Source: a virus
Length of the DNA stretch: 64,000 nt
IMG/VR virus record: IMGVR_UViG_3300021957_003133
Coordinates: 1-64,000 of that record
Reading direction: 5' to 3' (one strand)
Positions 27,961-39,800 of this stretch are shown here, in pieces; position 1 is the stretch's first letter; each line of letters begins with the position of its first letter. Position numbers and translations under genes: made by a program. The notes below the pieces were generated by a model. The model did no database searches. It had not been told where the DNA came from and saw only the letters and a list, made by a program, of their open reading frames with translations.

Positions 27961-30015
27961 ATGGCTATAGATCAAAGATCAGGTACTAAGGTAATAAGAA
28001 ACTTACGCAAGGAGGATACTCCTGCTACCCGTGTTGATCCGCATCCATATATCGGAATAGTTAAAAATAATCTAGACCCTACACGTAGTGGACGTGTGCA
28101 AGTATGGATCCCAGATTTAGGTGGCGTCGAAGATGAAAAACAAAACTGGCGGACTGTAGGATATGCCAGCCCATATATGGGATATACAACAAATCCTAAC
28201 CTAAGCGATCAAAGCGACACTTTTACCAGTGTAACTAATACGTATGGCATGTGGATGGTGCCACCAGACATTGGGGTACACGTTATAGTAATATTCATAG
28301 CTGGAGATCCTCTAAGAGGGTATTGGACATCCTGTGTTAATCCTAATCTAAGTCATCACATGCTACCAGGACTGGCCGGCAGTACTAATGTACATCTAGG
28401 ACCAAACCAATTTACCAGTAACGTTAATATTCCTGTTGCAGAATTCAATGAAAATAAAACTGATAACGTAACTAACAGTGCGTTTTATAATCTAGCTAAA
28501 CCAATACACACTCCACAATACGATATATTAAAACAACAAGGATTAGATCTTGACAGTCTCCGCGGTGCGATATCTAGTAGCAGTCAAAGAGAAACTCCTA
28601 GTGCTGTATTTGGAATCAGTACTCCTGGACGACCGTTAAACGACCCTGCAGAAGATCCAGATTATCTAACAAAATTAAACAACGACTCATTAGGTAGTGA
28701 GTTTCATAAAGTTAAAACACGTAAAGGTGGACATACTTTTGTACTAGATGACGGAACAACACTAGGTGCAGATCAGCTAGTAAGATTAAGAACTGCCACG
28801 GGACATCAGATAATGTTCCACGACACAAATGAGATGATATATCTATCACATGCCAATGGAGACAGTTGGATAGAAATGGATAAAAATGGCACCATATCAA
28901 TGTATGCAAAAGGTGGCTATAATATAAGAAGTGAGCAAACTATAAACTTCCATAGCGACAAAAATATTAATTTTGATTCGGGTGGGTCTATTAAATTACG
29001 TGCCGAGAACAAGCTAGAACTAGAAAGTCAAGAAACATCACTACTACAAAATAAGTTTTCATTGACAACGACAGGAACTACACAGTTCAAAGCAGGCGGG
29101 CAATTTAAAGTACAAGCTGATGCTAAGATATCAATCAATGCAGGCGGCATATTAGCCCTAGAAGGAACACAGATACTACAAAATAGTGGTGGTACCGAAA
29201 CTGTTGATCCTGTGAAAGTTATGAAAGAAAATAAACTAAAAGATACTACACTACAAAATGGTTTCTGGAGAGTAGGATCACAGACTCTAAACACTATTTG
29301 TACAACTGCACCAACACACGAACCATATCCAAGAGATCAACAAGCACAATTTTATAATCCTAACAACTCAAACAGCAAGCTTCTAGGACAACCAACATAC
29401 GGTCCAGGCTTTGATGCTACAAAATCTACAGTAGGAACTGAAGTTACAGAACCTGCAGGAACGAAAGATCTTAGGAATCAACCAGAACCTGTAGGTAAAG
29501 TAGGAAATCTGTCAAAAGACCAATTGACATCATATATGGCACAGATAGGCAAGAGTGAAAGTAGTGGTAACTACTCTGCAGTCAATGAACTAGGCTATTT
29601 AGGAAAATATCAATTTGGATACCAAGCATTGATAGATGAAGGGTATATCAAATCATCTGTTACTAGTAACGGCCAAATGTCTAATGCTAATTCTTGGACT
29701 GGAAAAGACGGTATCACTAGCAAGGAAAGTTTCTTGGCTAACAAAACTATACAAGAAAGTACCATGGTTGGATATACTAAAAAGAATTATACTCAATTAT
29801 TAAGCAACGGGACAGTAACACAAGATACCACAGTGGACGAAGTAGGTGGATTGTTAGCTGTTAGTCATCTATTAGGTGCAGGAGGTGCTAAAACTTGGAG
29901 AAATACCGGCGGCGGTGCTGATGCAAACGGAACAACTGGCGATACCTATTTCCAAAAAGGTAAATTTGCAGTTGCAGTTTTATCTCCACAATTACCAGCT
30001 GTGCAAGCAGGATAA
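27961..30015 (+). CDS. gp5: Baseplate central spike (gp5/VgrG-like) with C-terminal lysozyme-like domain
   Basis: DPTRSGRVQVWIP OB-fold start, GHTFVLDD and beta-helix repeats; C-terminal ESSGNY.AVN..GYLGKYQFG. Confidence 0.8.
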   Translation: MAIDQRSGTKVIRNLRKEDTPATRVDPHPYIGIVKNNLDPTRSGRVQVWIPDLGGVEDEKQNWRTVGYASPYMGYTTNPNLSDQSDTFTSVTNTYGMWMVPPDIGVHVIVIFIAGDPLRGYWTSCVNPNLSHHMLPGLAGSTNVHLGPNQFTSNVNIPVAEFNENKTDNVTNSAFYNLAKPIHTPQYDILKQQGLDLDSLRGAISSSSQRETPSAVFGISTPGRPLNDPAEDPDYLTKLNNDSLGSEFHKVKTRKGGHTFVLDDGTTLGADQLVRLRTATGHQIMFHDTNEMIYLSHANGDSWIEMDKNGTISMYAKGGYNIRSEQTINFHSDKNINFDSGGSIKLRAENKLELESQETSLLQNKFSLTTTGTTQFKAGGQFKVQADAKISINAGGILALEGTQILQNSGGTETVDPVKVMKENKLKDTTLQNGFWRVGSQTLNTICTTAPTHEPYPRDQQAQFYNPNNSNSKLLGQPTYGPGFDATKSTVGTEVTEPAGTKDLRNQPEPVGKVGNLSKDQLTSYMAQIGKSESSGNYSAVNELGYLGKYQFGYQALIDEGYIKSSVTSNGQMSNANSWTGKDGITSKESFLANKTIQESTMVGYTKKNYTQLLSNGTVTQDTTVDEVGGLLAVSHLLGAGGAKTWRNTGGGADANGTTGDTYFQKGKFAVAVLSPQLPAVQAG

Positions 30016-30018
30016 ATA
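30011..30018 (+). promoter_or_regulatory. Late promoter (GATAAATA), leaderless arrangement
   Basis: 5 nt before ATG 30024. Confidence 0.7.
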
Positions 30019-30023
30019 TTAAT

Positions 30024-30401
30024 ATGGCTATTATGTACAGAGGATTTTCAACAGTAGGGCGTACTCGCAAATTCCGTCTCACGGATTTTGAATTAGTAAA
30101 ACAGGACCTAATTAATAATTTTTATATCCGTAAAGGTGAAAAATTAATGAATCCTGATTTTGGTACAATTATTTGGAACGTAGTACACGAACCTCTTACA
30201 GAAGATCTAAAGAGTGTAATAGTTACAGATATCAAAACAATCGCTGGGTATGATCCTAGACTCAGTATTGACAATGTGATAGTAACAGAATACGATCAAG
30301 GAATACAAGTTGAACTACAATTACGTTACGTATTAACAGATCAAACTAATGTTATGAACTTACAGTTCGACAATCAAACTCAAACAATTACAGCTATATA
30401 A
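30024..30401 (+). CDS. gp25: Baseplate wedge / sheath initiator (gp25-like)
   Basis: RKGEKLMNPDFGT, EPL, YDPR motifs. Confidence 0.9.
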   Translation: MAIMYRGFSTVGRTRKFRLTDFELVKQDLINNFYIRKGEKLMNPDFGTIIWNVVHEPLTEDLKSVIVTDIKTIAGYDPRLSIDNVIVTEYDQGIQVELQLRYVLTDQTNVMNLQFDNQTQTITAI

Positions 30402-30425
30402 TAAACATAGTACTTTATTAACCCT

Positions 30426-30433
30426 GATAAATA
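30426..30433 (+). promoter_or_regulatory. Late promoter (GATAAATA)
   Basis: Upstream of the gp6-like gene. Confidence 0.7.
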
Positions 30434-30454
30434 CATTATACAGGGAAAAATTAT

Positions 30455-33400
30455 ATGGCAATTACCACAAGACAAAGCAGTTTACTAGTCGCAGAAGACT
30501 GGACTAAACTATATCAAACTTTCCGCAATGCTGACTTTCAAAGCTATGACTATGAGACTCTGAGAAAAAGCATGGTAGACTATCTCCGCTTATATTATCC
30601 GGAGGACTTTAATGACTTTATTGAATCAAGTGAATTTATCGCATTAATTGATCTATTAAGTTTCTTAGGGCAAAGTCTTGCATTCAGAGGTGACTTAAAT
30701 GCTCGTGAAAATTTCATTGACACTGCACAGAGGCGCGACTCAGTATTAAAGTTAGCACGCCTAATATCATACAATCCTAAACGTAATATTCCAGCCAGTG
30801 GATTCCTTAAAGTAGATTCAGTGTCGACTACAGAAACTGTATTTGATTCAAACGGACTTAATCTTGCAGGGTTAGTGATTAATTGGACAGACAGTGCAAA
30901 TGACAATTGGCAAGAACAATTTAATGCTGTTGTTAATGCTAGTCTTAATACCACACAGTCAGTGGGTAAACCAAGTAACAGCCAAACAATTAATAATATA
31001 TTAAACGAAGAATATCAGATCAATCAAGTACCAAGTTTAACAGCAGTGTATCCATTTAGTACTGCTATTGAAGGATCACAAACATCTTTTGAAATGATAT
31101 CTCCAACATCAGCTGGAAAAACTTTTATATATGAAGTTGCACCACAACCTAACAGCAGTTTTAACTTATTATATAGGAATGATAATTTAGGAAACGGTAG
31201 TAACAATACTGGATACTTCACGTACTTTAAGCAAGGTGATTTACAAAGCATAGACATCACATTCTCTGAAAGTGTTCCTAATAGAGTGTATAGTCTGAAT
31301 GTTGACAATATTAATAATTCAGATGTTTGGTTATATAAACTAGATGCAAATGGTAACTTTGATCAGTTATGGACAGCAGTACCTAGTGTTGGTGCTACAA
31401 ATATCATTTACAATACTAGTACTGATAAAAACATTTATCAAGTAAACACACGTGCTGGCGATCAAGTTGATTTAATATTTGGCGACGGAAGTTTTGCAAC
31501 AATGCCACAAGGTAGATTTAGATTGTACTATAGAACTAGCAACGGTTTAAATTACAAAGTGTCACCGGACGAAATGCGTGGAATAGTTATACCCATAAAC
31601 TATGTTTCAAAAGATGGAAGAACAGAAACAATTAATATACGTGCTAGTCTACAATACACAGTAACTAATGCAACAGCCAGAGAAACTGTTGAAGAAGTAA
31701 GACAAAAAGCACCACAACAGTACTACACACAAGATCGTATGGTAACAGGCGAAGACTATAATATACTACCGTACACATTGTTTAGTTCAGTGTTAAAAGT
31801 TAAAGCAGTTAATAGAACATCTAGTGGCATTTCAAGATACTTAGACGTGATTGACAGCACTGGAAAATATTCTAGCACAAACATATTCTGTCAGGATGGT
31901 ATTCTTTATAAAGATGAAACCCTTGACACATTTAGTTTTAGTTATGTTACTACCAATGATATCTACAATGTAATTACTAATCAACTTACACCGATACTTA
32001 CTAAAAAAGATACGCTACAGTTCTTCTATAGTAACTATGCACAAATTAATGTTTCAGATACTTTCTGGAATAAGTCATTGGATGATGCAGGGATCACAGG
32101 ATATTTTTATGATGCGGCTGGAAATATATTACAGGTAGGACATTATGTCAGTGATGGCAAGAAATATATTAAACAAAGTGCTATTGTTAAATTCTCTGCA
32201 GGTAGTGGAAAGTACTTTGACGCACAAAACACAATACAAACAGGAACACCAAGTCAGTCTGGAGACAAGTATTTTATCTATGCTGAAATTATCGAAGTAC
32301 TAGCAGACGGGACCAATGCTGGCGAAGGCAATTTAGAGAATGGATCAGGACCAATAACATTAAATCAGATAGTTCCAACAGGTGCTGAAGCTGTAAGAGT
32401 ATTTCCAGTGTTTAATAACACGTTAACAACTGCTGTAACTACTAGCATGGTTGAATACATAGAAGCATTTAAAGACTTTGGATTACGATATGATGTGCTT
32501 ACATCAGAATGGACTATAATTACTCCTGAAAACATGAACACTGGAGACTTTAGCCTAGCAAACGCAGGTAGTACCAGTAGTTTAGGACTTGATAGTTCGT
32601 GGATAATTAGATTCCAAACAGTAGGGCAAACATATTCAGTTTATTATAGAGGACTGCAATATGTTTTTGAAAGTGTTAAAGAAACTAACTTTTATTTTGA
32701 TGACCAAGTTAAGATATTTGATACACGTACAGGTTTTGTTATACGGGATCAAATTAATGTATTAAAAATGAATTCAAACCCAGATGATGCTAGTGCATTG
32801 GCATTAGATTATCAATGGCACATATATGATAATGTTGTCGAAACAGATGGATATAGTAATCCTAACAAAGTATTAGTTACATATCCTGATGCCAACGACG
32901 ATGGTGTTCCAGATAATCCAGAACTATTTGAAACGCTGGTAAGTCCTACTACACTAACAAATCAAAAATATGTCTATTTCCAAAATACTTTTGGCTATGA
33001 TAATTTTGTTATACAGACGCCAGTAAGCAATGGCTTGGTGGTTAGTACATATGATAGCCTTGTTGCTCTTGAAACTGCAAAAACTCTTTTCCAAACTGGA
33101 CAACTGTTTTATGTTCCGAGTACTAACACATTCTATCAACTAACTATAACAGGAGCAGTTTATACACTGTCTGTAGTTACTGGTTACACTGCTAAAGTAG
33201 GACGTCAGGACATATATTTCCAGTACAGACATAGCTCACCAAACAATAGACGTATTGATCCGAGCCCAAATAACATTGTGGATTTGTATATACTAACTAA
33301 GTCATATGCCACAGAGTACCTTGCTTGGTTACAAGACACAACAGACACTGTGACAGAGCCTGTAGCACCTACACCAGAAGTGTTAGGTACAGATTATAGT

Positions 33401-33835
33401 ACTTTAGAAAATTATAAAACAGTGTCAGACACAGTGATATACAATCCTGCTAAGTTCAAACCAATCTTTGGCAGTAAAGCAGAAGAATCATTACAAGCAA
33501 CATTTAAAGTAGTAAAAAGTTACGGTGTGGTTGTCAGCGACAATGATGTAAAGACCAGTGTGATCGCGGCTATCAATACTTACTTTGATTTGAATAATTG
33601 GGACTTTGGAGAAACATTTTACTTTAGTGAACTGAGTGCGTATCTACATTCAGTACTAGCACCAAACATAGCTAGTGTAAGTATAGTTCCGAATAGTTCC
33701 ACAGAAACATTTGGTAGTCTACTACAGATAAATGCAGAGTACAACGAAATAATTGTTAGTGCCGCAACAGTAGACAATGTACAAATTATTACAGCTATTA
33801 CAGCCGCACAACTTAACCAAACTGTAACAGCTTAA
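30455..33835 (+). CDS. gp6: Baseplate wedge protein (gp6-like)
   Basis: ENFIDTAQRRDSVLKLA...SYNP, FGDG, QDRMVTGEDY motifs. Confidence 0.88.
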   Translation: MAITTRQSSLLVAEDWTKLYQTFRNADFQSYDYETLRKSMVDYLRLYYPEDFNDFIESSEFIALIDLLSFLGQSLAFRGDLNARENFIDTAQRRDSVLKLARLISYNPKRNIPASGFLKVDSVSTTETVFDSNGLNLAGLVINWTDSANDNWQEQFNAVVNASLNTTQSVGKPSNSQTINNILNEEYQINQVPSLTAVYPFSTAIEGSQTSFEMISPTSAGKTFIYEVAPQPNSSFNLLYRNDNLGNGSNNTGYFTYFKQGDLQSIDITFSESVPNRVYSLNVDNINNSDVWLYKLDANGNFDQLWTAVPSVGATNIIYNTSTDKNIYQVNTRAGDQVDLIFGDGSFATMPQGRFRLYYRTSNGLNYKVSPDEMRGIVIPINYVSKDGRTETINIRASLQYTVTNATARETVEEVRQKAPQQYYTQDRMVTGEDYNILPYTLFSSVLKVKAVNRTSSGISRYLDVIDSTGKYSSTNIFCQDGILYKDETLDTFSFSYVTTNDIYNVITNQLTPILTKKDTLQFFYSNYAQINVSDTFWNKSLDDAGITGYFYDAAGNILQVGHYVSDGKKYIKQSAIVKFSAGSGKYFDAQNTIQTGTPSQSGDKYFIYAEIIEVLADGTNAGEGNLENGSGPITLNQIVPTGAEAVRVFPVFNNTLTTAVTTSMVEYIEAFKDFGLRYDVLTSEWTIITPENMNTGDFSLANAGSTSSLGLDSSWIIRFQTVGQTYSVYYRGLQYVFESVKETNFYFDDQVKIFDTRTGFVIRDQINVLKMNSNPDDASALALDYQWHIYDNVVETDGYSNPNKVLVTYPDANDDGVPDNPELFETLVSPTTLTNQKYVYFQNTFGYDNFVIQTPVSNGLVVSTYDSLVALETAKTLFQTGQLFYVPSTNTFYQLTITGAVYTLSVVTGYTAKVGRQDIYFQYRHSSPNNRRIDPSPNNIVDLYILTKSYATEYLAWLQDTTDTVTEPVAPTPEVLGTDYSTLENYKTVSDTVIYNPAKFKPIFGSKAEESLQATFKVVKSYGVVVSDNDVKTSVIAAINTYFDLNNWDFGETFYFSELSAYLHSVLAPNIASVSIVPNSSTETFGSLLQINAEYNEIIVSAATVDNVQIITAITAAQLNQTVTA

Positions 33836-33864
33836 TTGAATAATATCAAAAAGATGAGAACATA

Positions 33865-36800
33865 ATGGCCGCAAGAAAAAGTATAAATTTACTACCTGGA
33901 GTATTTAGGACTGACGTTAACGAGAAGTTCCTGAATGCCACAGTGGACCAATTAGTCAGTGAGCCGAGCCTCACAGACCTTTATGGTTATATTGGTAGAC
34001 AATTTGCACCAACTTTTAAGAAAGGCGATAGCTACATCACAGAAGAAACAACATTACGCCAAGACTATCAGTTAGAACCAACTACAGTAATAAAAGATAA
34101 CGAAGGTAATACAACATTCTTTGCTAGTTATTTAGATTTTCTTAATAAGGTCAAATACTACGGCGGATATACTGAAGACCAAAGTAGATTGTTTGCTAGT
34201 GAATACTATAGTTTTGACCCACAAGTGTCACTTGACAAGTTTGTAAACTTTGGTCAGTATTACTGGTTACCCAATGGCCCGAGTACGGTACAAGTAAACA
34301 CAACTGGTGTTGAATTAATTAAAGATTATACAGTTAGTCGTAACGATAACCAAAATCAATATGATTTTACTTCATCTGGAGAACAAAATAATACATTGGT
34401 ATTAGCCAGAGGAGGTACATATACGTTCGCAGTAGATCAATCAGCTGGTTTTTGGATACAAACAGAACTAGGTATAGACGGACTAGTTAATGTTACACCA
34501 ACTATCTCTAGTAGAGCTGTATTAGGCGTAGAAAATAATGGTGCTACCAATGGTACCGTGACATTTACTGTGCCGCAATCAGACGCACAAGATAGATTCC
34601 TTTCACAAAATACGATAGCAACAGTTGACTATGCACTACCGTTACCATTCAGTAAAGTACAAAATAGATTACTAAGTGATTTCTTGGTAGAGTATCCACA
34701 GTTTGCTGGACTAGCTGGGCAATTAGATGGTAAGACAGCAGTGTTTGTAGAACAAGACACACTAACTAATGTAGAGAATGCTTGGACAGTAGCATACGAA
34801 AACAGCGGCGAGTCAGTTGAGTTTGATTTTGGTGAAACAGTTCCTCAAGGTAGTAGATATGGAGTATGGCAGATTCAATTGATTACTAGCGGGTCTGACA
34901 AACTTATTAATATATTCCCAACAACAGTTATTCCGTTCGACAATAAAGTTTACATTAAGTCTGGTATAAATTTTGTAAACAAAGAATTTTATAAAGAGTT
35001 CACTGAGTTTCTTGAACCAGTTCCGGTTATCAGCAGTATACTAGATACGTTATACATACAGGATGGTGATAGGGCAGATATCTACGCTAAAATTAAAATT
35101 GTAGACTTTAATAATTTTACCATTGATGTCAACGCAGATATTTTAGGAGAGAATACATATACTAGTCCCAACGGAGTAGAATTTACTTCAGGATTAAAAA
35201 TTAAATTCGACAGTGACGTTACTCCTACAACGTATCAGGAAAAAACATACTATGTAGAAAATGTTGGTGAAGGAATCAGACTTGTCGATGAAACACTATT
35301 AGTAACTCCTGAAACATACAACGACGAAGTAGCTACTAATTATCCAATACAAAGAATAATGCTTACTAAAGCAACAACTGCAGAAATTACTGCAGGTACT
35401 GTAATCACAGTTGGTGATAATTCCATCGAAGTAAACACTGATATAGCTATTGGTGCAACAAAAATAACAACACTTGATTCGATATCCGCAGTTGAAAAAG
35501 GTCAGGTAGTTACAGGTGCTGGAATACAATCAGCCACAGTGGTATATGATGCATTTGCAGATACTATATTCCCAGATTACATCACTATAAAAAGAGACGC
35601 ACTTGATTTAAATGCATGGTCACGTAGTAATCGCTGGGTACACAGTGCAATCATCGAAGCTTCAGCAACTTATAACAACGAGGTATTAGTTCTTTCACAA
35701 GACTTACGTGCTCAGCGTCCGATAGTACAGTTTGAAGGCGACTTGCAGTTATTTAATCACGGTCGTATTGGCAAAAGGCATGTCGACATAGTAGATACTC
35801 AAATCACAGACGCTTTTATAGAACTAGAAGGAAAAGTACTAACAACTGCTTTTGGAGTTACATTGTTTGACGGCATGAGAGTTTTATTTGCTAATGATAA
35901 TGATCCTTTAGTAAGAAATAAAATATATAATCTTAACCTAGTTCAATATGAAGTTGATGCAGAAGGATTTCCAGAAGGCACATTTCATATCAAATTAACA
36001 AAAGCTGATGATGGTGATGGTCAAGAATGGGATTCAGTTGTAGTTGGGCTAGGTGCGTCTAAAGGACATTCTTACTGGTATAACGGAACTGAATGGAAAC
36101 TAGCACAACAAAAAACAGGCACACAACAAGATCCTTTGTTTGATGTTTATGATACTGCAGGCAAAAGTTTAAGTAATCTTGATTACTACCCACGTAGTAG
36201 TTTTGTAGGAACAAAACTATTTGGGTACGACAGGGGAACTACAGGGGTCAATGACAAGATATTAGGATTCCCATTAAACTACAGAAGTTTTAGTAGTCAA
36301 GGCGACATACTCTTTGCTAATTATTTCAACACTGATATATTTAATTATGTGGTTGGATTAGAAACTAAAAAAATTAATGTAAACACCGGTTATCTGCAGA
36401 GCATACAAACTGACAGAACAACCAAACCTAAAAATACCTGGCAAACAGTCAATGAATCTAGTAGACAGTATCAGGTATTCGAGTTCGAATATACGGCCAC
36501 TACTGATAATCCTTTTGCATTAGACATCACTCCTAAACAACAAGATACTCATGGATTTACAGACACTGTACCCTACGTTAAAGTTTATCAAAATCAAAAG
36601 ATATTAAAACAAACACATTGGTCCATTAGTGCTACAAATAGAATAACTGTGTCAGCCACATTGGCTGTAGGTGATATTATAAATGTATTAGTGTACAGTG
36701 AACAGGTCAGTGAACAAGCATACTATCAAGTTCCTTTGAATTTAGATCTAAATGCACAGAACACAGACATAACAACATTAACTCTTGGGCAGGTTAGAAA

Positions 36801-39800
36801 CCATGTTGTGGCCCTGGGACAAAATAGTACAGCCTTAGTAGGTGATATACTTGGAAAATCAAATCTAAGAGATCTTGCAATTAAAGGCCAAGGCGGTAGT
36901 ATACTTCAACACAGTGCACCAATACCTTATGCTGAACTATTCTTAATTGACGAAAAAGCAAACTTCATCGATTCTATACAATTCGCACAAAGAGAGTATG
37001 CAAAATTTAAAAACAAGTTCCTGGAGCTAGCAATATCACTACCTGGGGTTGACTCGGCTGATGCTGTTGCTAGTGTCGACACAATCATAGCACAAATAAA
37101 TCTTAATAAAAATGTTTCAACTCCATGGCATTATAGTGATATGGTTCCAACTGGAACGTTGCGAGAAACTATAACATATAAAGTGTTTGATCCATTGGTA
37201 CTAAGTTACGAAATTACTAGCATATTTTCAAGCACAACATTAAGTAATCAAGCAGTACTAGTATATCTGAACGGAACACAACTAATACTAGGAAGAGACT
37301 ATTCGTTTGATACTACAAGGCCAGCAGTAGATTTTGATTCGAACTATGTGACATTCGCAGTCGATGATATTATTACAATAGTTGAATATGCAAACACCGA
37401 CGGATGTTATATTCCAGAAACTCCGAGTAAAGTAGGAACGTATCCAAAGTTTGAACCTGAACTAATCTTAGATGATACCTATAAAAGTGCAATAACAGTA
37501 ATTAGAGGGCATGATGGCAGTATTACTCCAGCATTTGATGACTATAGAGATAATCTTCTTCTTGAATTAGAAAAACGTATATACAACAATATTAAAATAC
37601 CTGATACAAACACGTACCAGACTGAATTACTAACAGCTTTACCTGGTAAGTTTAGAGATAGCGGTTACACATATTCTGAGGTATGGAACGCAGTGGCAAC
37701 GGGCTTCATGACATGGGTAGGAAAGAACAGAGTTGATTTCTCAACCAACAATACATTTTTAAGTAATGATCCGTTTTCGTGGAACTACTCAAGATTTGTT
37801 GATCGACTAGATCGAGAATACTTACCTGGTAGCTGGCGTGCAATTTATCAGTACTATTATGACACGATATACCCGCATCAGCGTCCATGGGAAATGTTAG
37901 GATTTTCATCGCAACCTGATTGGTGGGAGGACCGTTATGGTGTAGGCCCATATACAGGTGGAAACAAACTGTTATGGGATGATCTAGAAGCTGGTAAAAT
38001 ATATGGCGGACCGCGGTCATTGGTTGACATGGGATCAGGTGTTGGTATAGACACAAATTATGTGCGTCCAGGACTAAGCCAAATTATTCCAGTAGACCAA
38101 AACGGATACTTATTAAGCCCAGAAAAAGTAGTAGCTCTAGCATCAAACTCAACTGATGCCGCAACTAGTTGGTCAATAGGGCAACTAGGACCTACTGAAT
38201 GGGCGTGGAGAAGTAGTAGTGATTATCCGTATGTATTACAGCAAGCTATGGCAGTATTGAAGCCAGCAGTTTACTTTGGTAGATTCATTGATACTTACAA
38301 TATTCGTTACAATACTGATATCAAACAGTACTTAACACTAACTGACAAACATCATGTACAACAGGATGAGATTGTATACAATGGATACATAAACCCATTG
38401 ATCCCAACTGTTATTAATAGAGGTGCTGGTTATCTGAACTGGATAGCTGACTATTTAAGAAGTCACGGAGTAACACCATCAGTTAAAATTAATCCAATGC
38501 TAGAAAACTATAATGTGAAATTAGCATACAAGATGGCAGGTTTCAGTGACAAGAAGTATTTACAGGTCTTAGCAGAACAGAGCTCACCGTCGAGTACAAG
38601 TACTAGTATCATGATTCCAGATGAAAATTATGATCTACTATTGAATAAGTCAGCACCAACTGACAAAATAACGTACTCAGCTGTTATAGTTGAAAAAGCA
38701 ACAAATGGATTTACTGTCAGAGGATATGATTTACATATTCCTTATTTTACTATTATTCCAAGTGTCAGCAACAATAATTCGTATAGTATCAGCGTGCAAG
38801 ATGAGTCAGGAACGATATTCAATGATTATCAAAATGTAAAGCTAACTGTTCCATACGGATATGAATTTAAAACACAACAGCAAGTAGTCGACTTCCTAAT
38901 AGGGTATGAAAGATATCTAAAAGCACAAGGATTTACATTTAATGACAGAGATGGTGATCTCGCAGAAACACGCGACTGGAAATTAAGTGTTAAAGAATTT
39001 TTATTCTGGGCCCAACAAGGATGGAGAGAAGGTAGCATATTAGTTTTAAGTCCTGTTACAAATAGTATAAAAGTAGTTACAGAAAATAACATAGTTGACG
39101 GGATTGAGGATAGCCAATACGGAAGTAAGGTTGTAGATCAAAACTTTAACATAGTAAAAAATACTGGCTATCAGATTACTCGTACTAGCAATAACTTTAG
39201 TGTTACTCTGCAAGATGACAATATGCTAGCATTGGTTCAACTAAGTTTGGTACAGTACGAACATGTACTAGTATTTGATAATACTACAGTATTCAATGAT
39301 GTAATATATCGACCTGAACTAGGTAATAGACAATTTAGATTAAAGTTGATTGGCCAGAAAACTAATCTTTGGGACGGTAGTTTGTATGCTCCAGGATTTG
39401 TTTATAACGACGAACTAGTGCCAGAATGGCAAGTTGGTGTTGATTATCTTAAGGGACAACTAATAGAATTTAAAGATCAATACTACGTAGCTCTAACAAA
39501 TGTTCCAGGAGCAACAGAGTTTAATTTTACAACATGGAAACAAATATCCAAATCAGAAATTAAGTCAGGACTACTTAGTAACTTTTCAACCACCGCGGTT
39601 GAATCACAAAGTTACTACGACAGCTATGGCGAGATCAAAGATAAAGATCAAATGGCATACAGTCACGGATTGATTGGGTATAAACCAAGACAGTATCTAG
39701 ACGACCTAGGATTAACTGAAACAACACAGATTGAATTTTATAAAGGTTATATCGGACAAAAAGGCACAAAGAATGCAATTGATGCATTGTCTAAAGCAGA

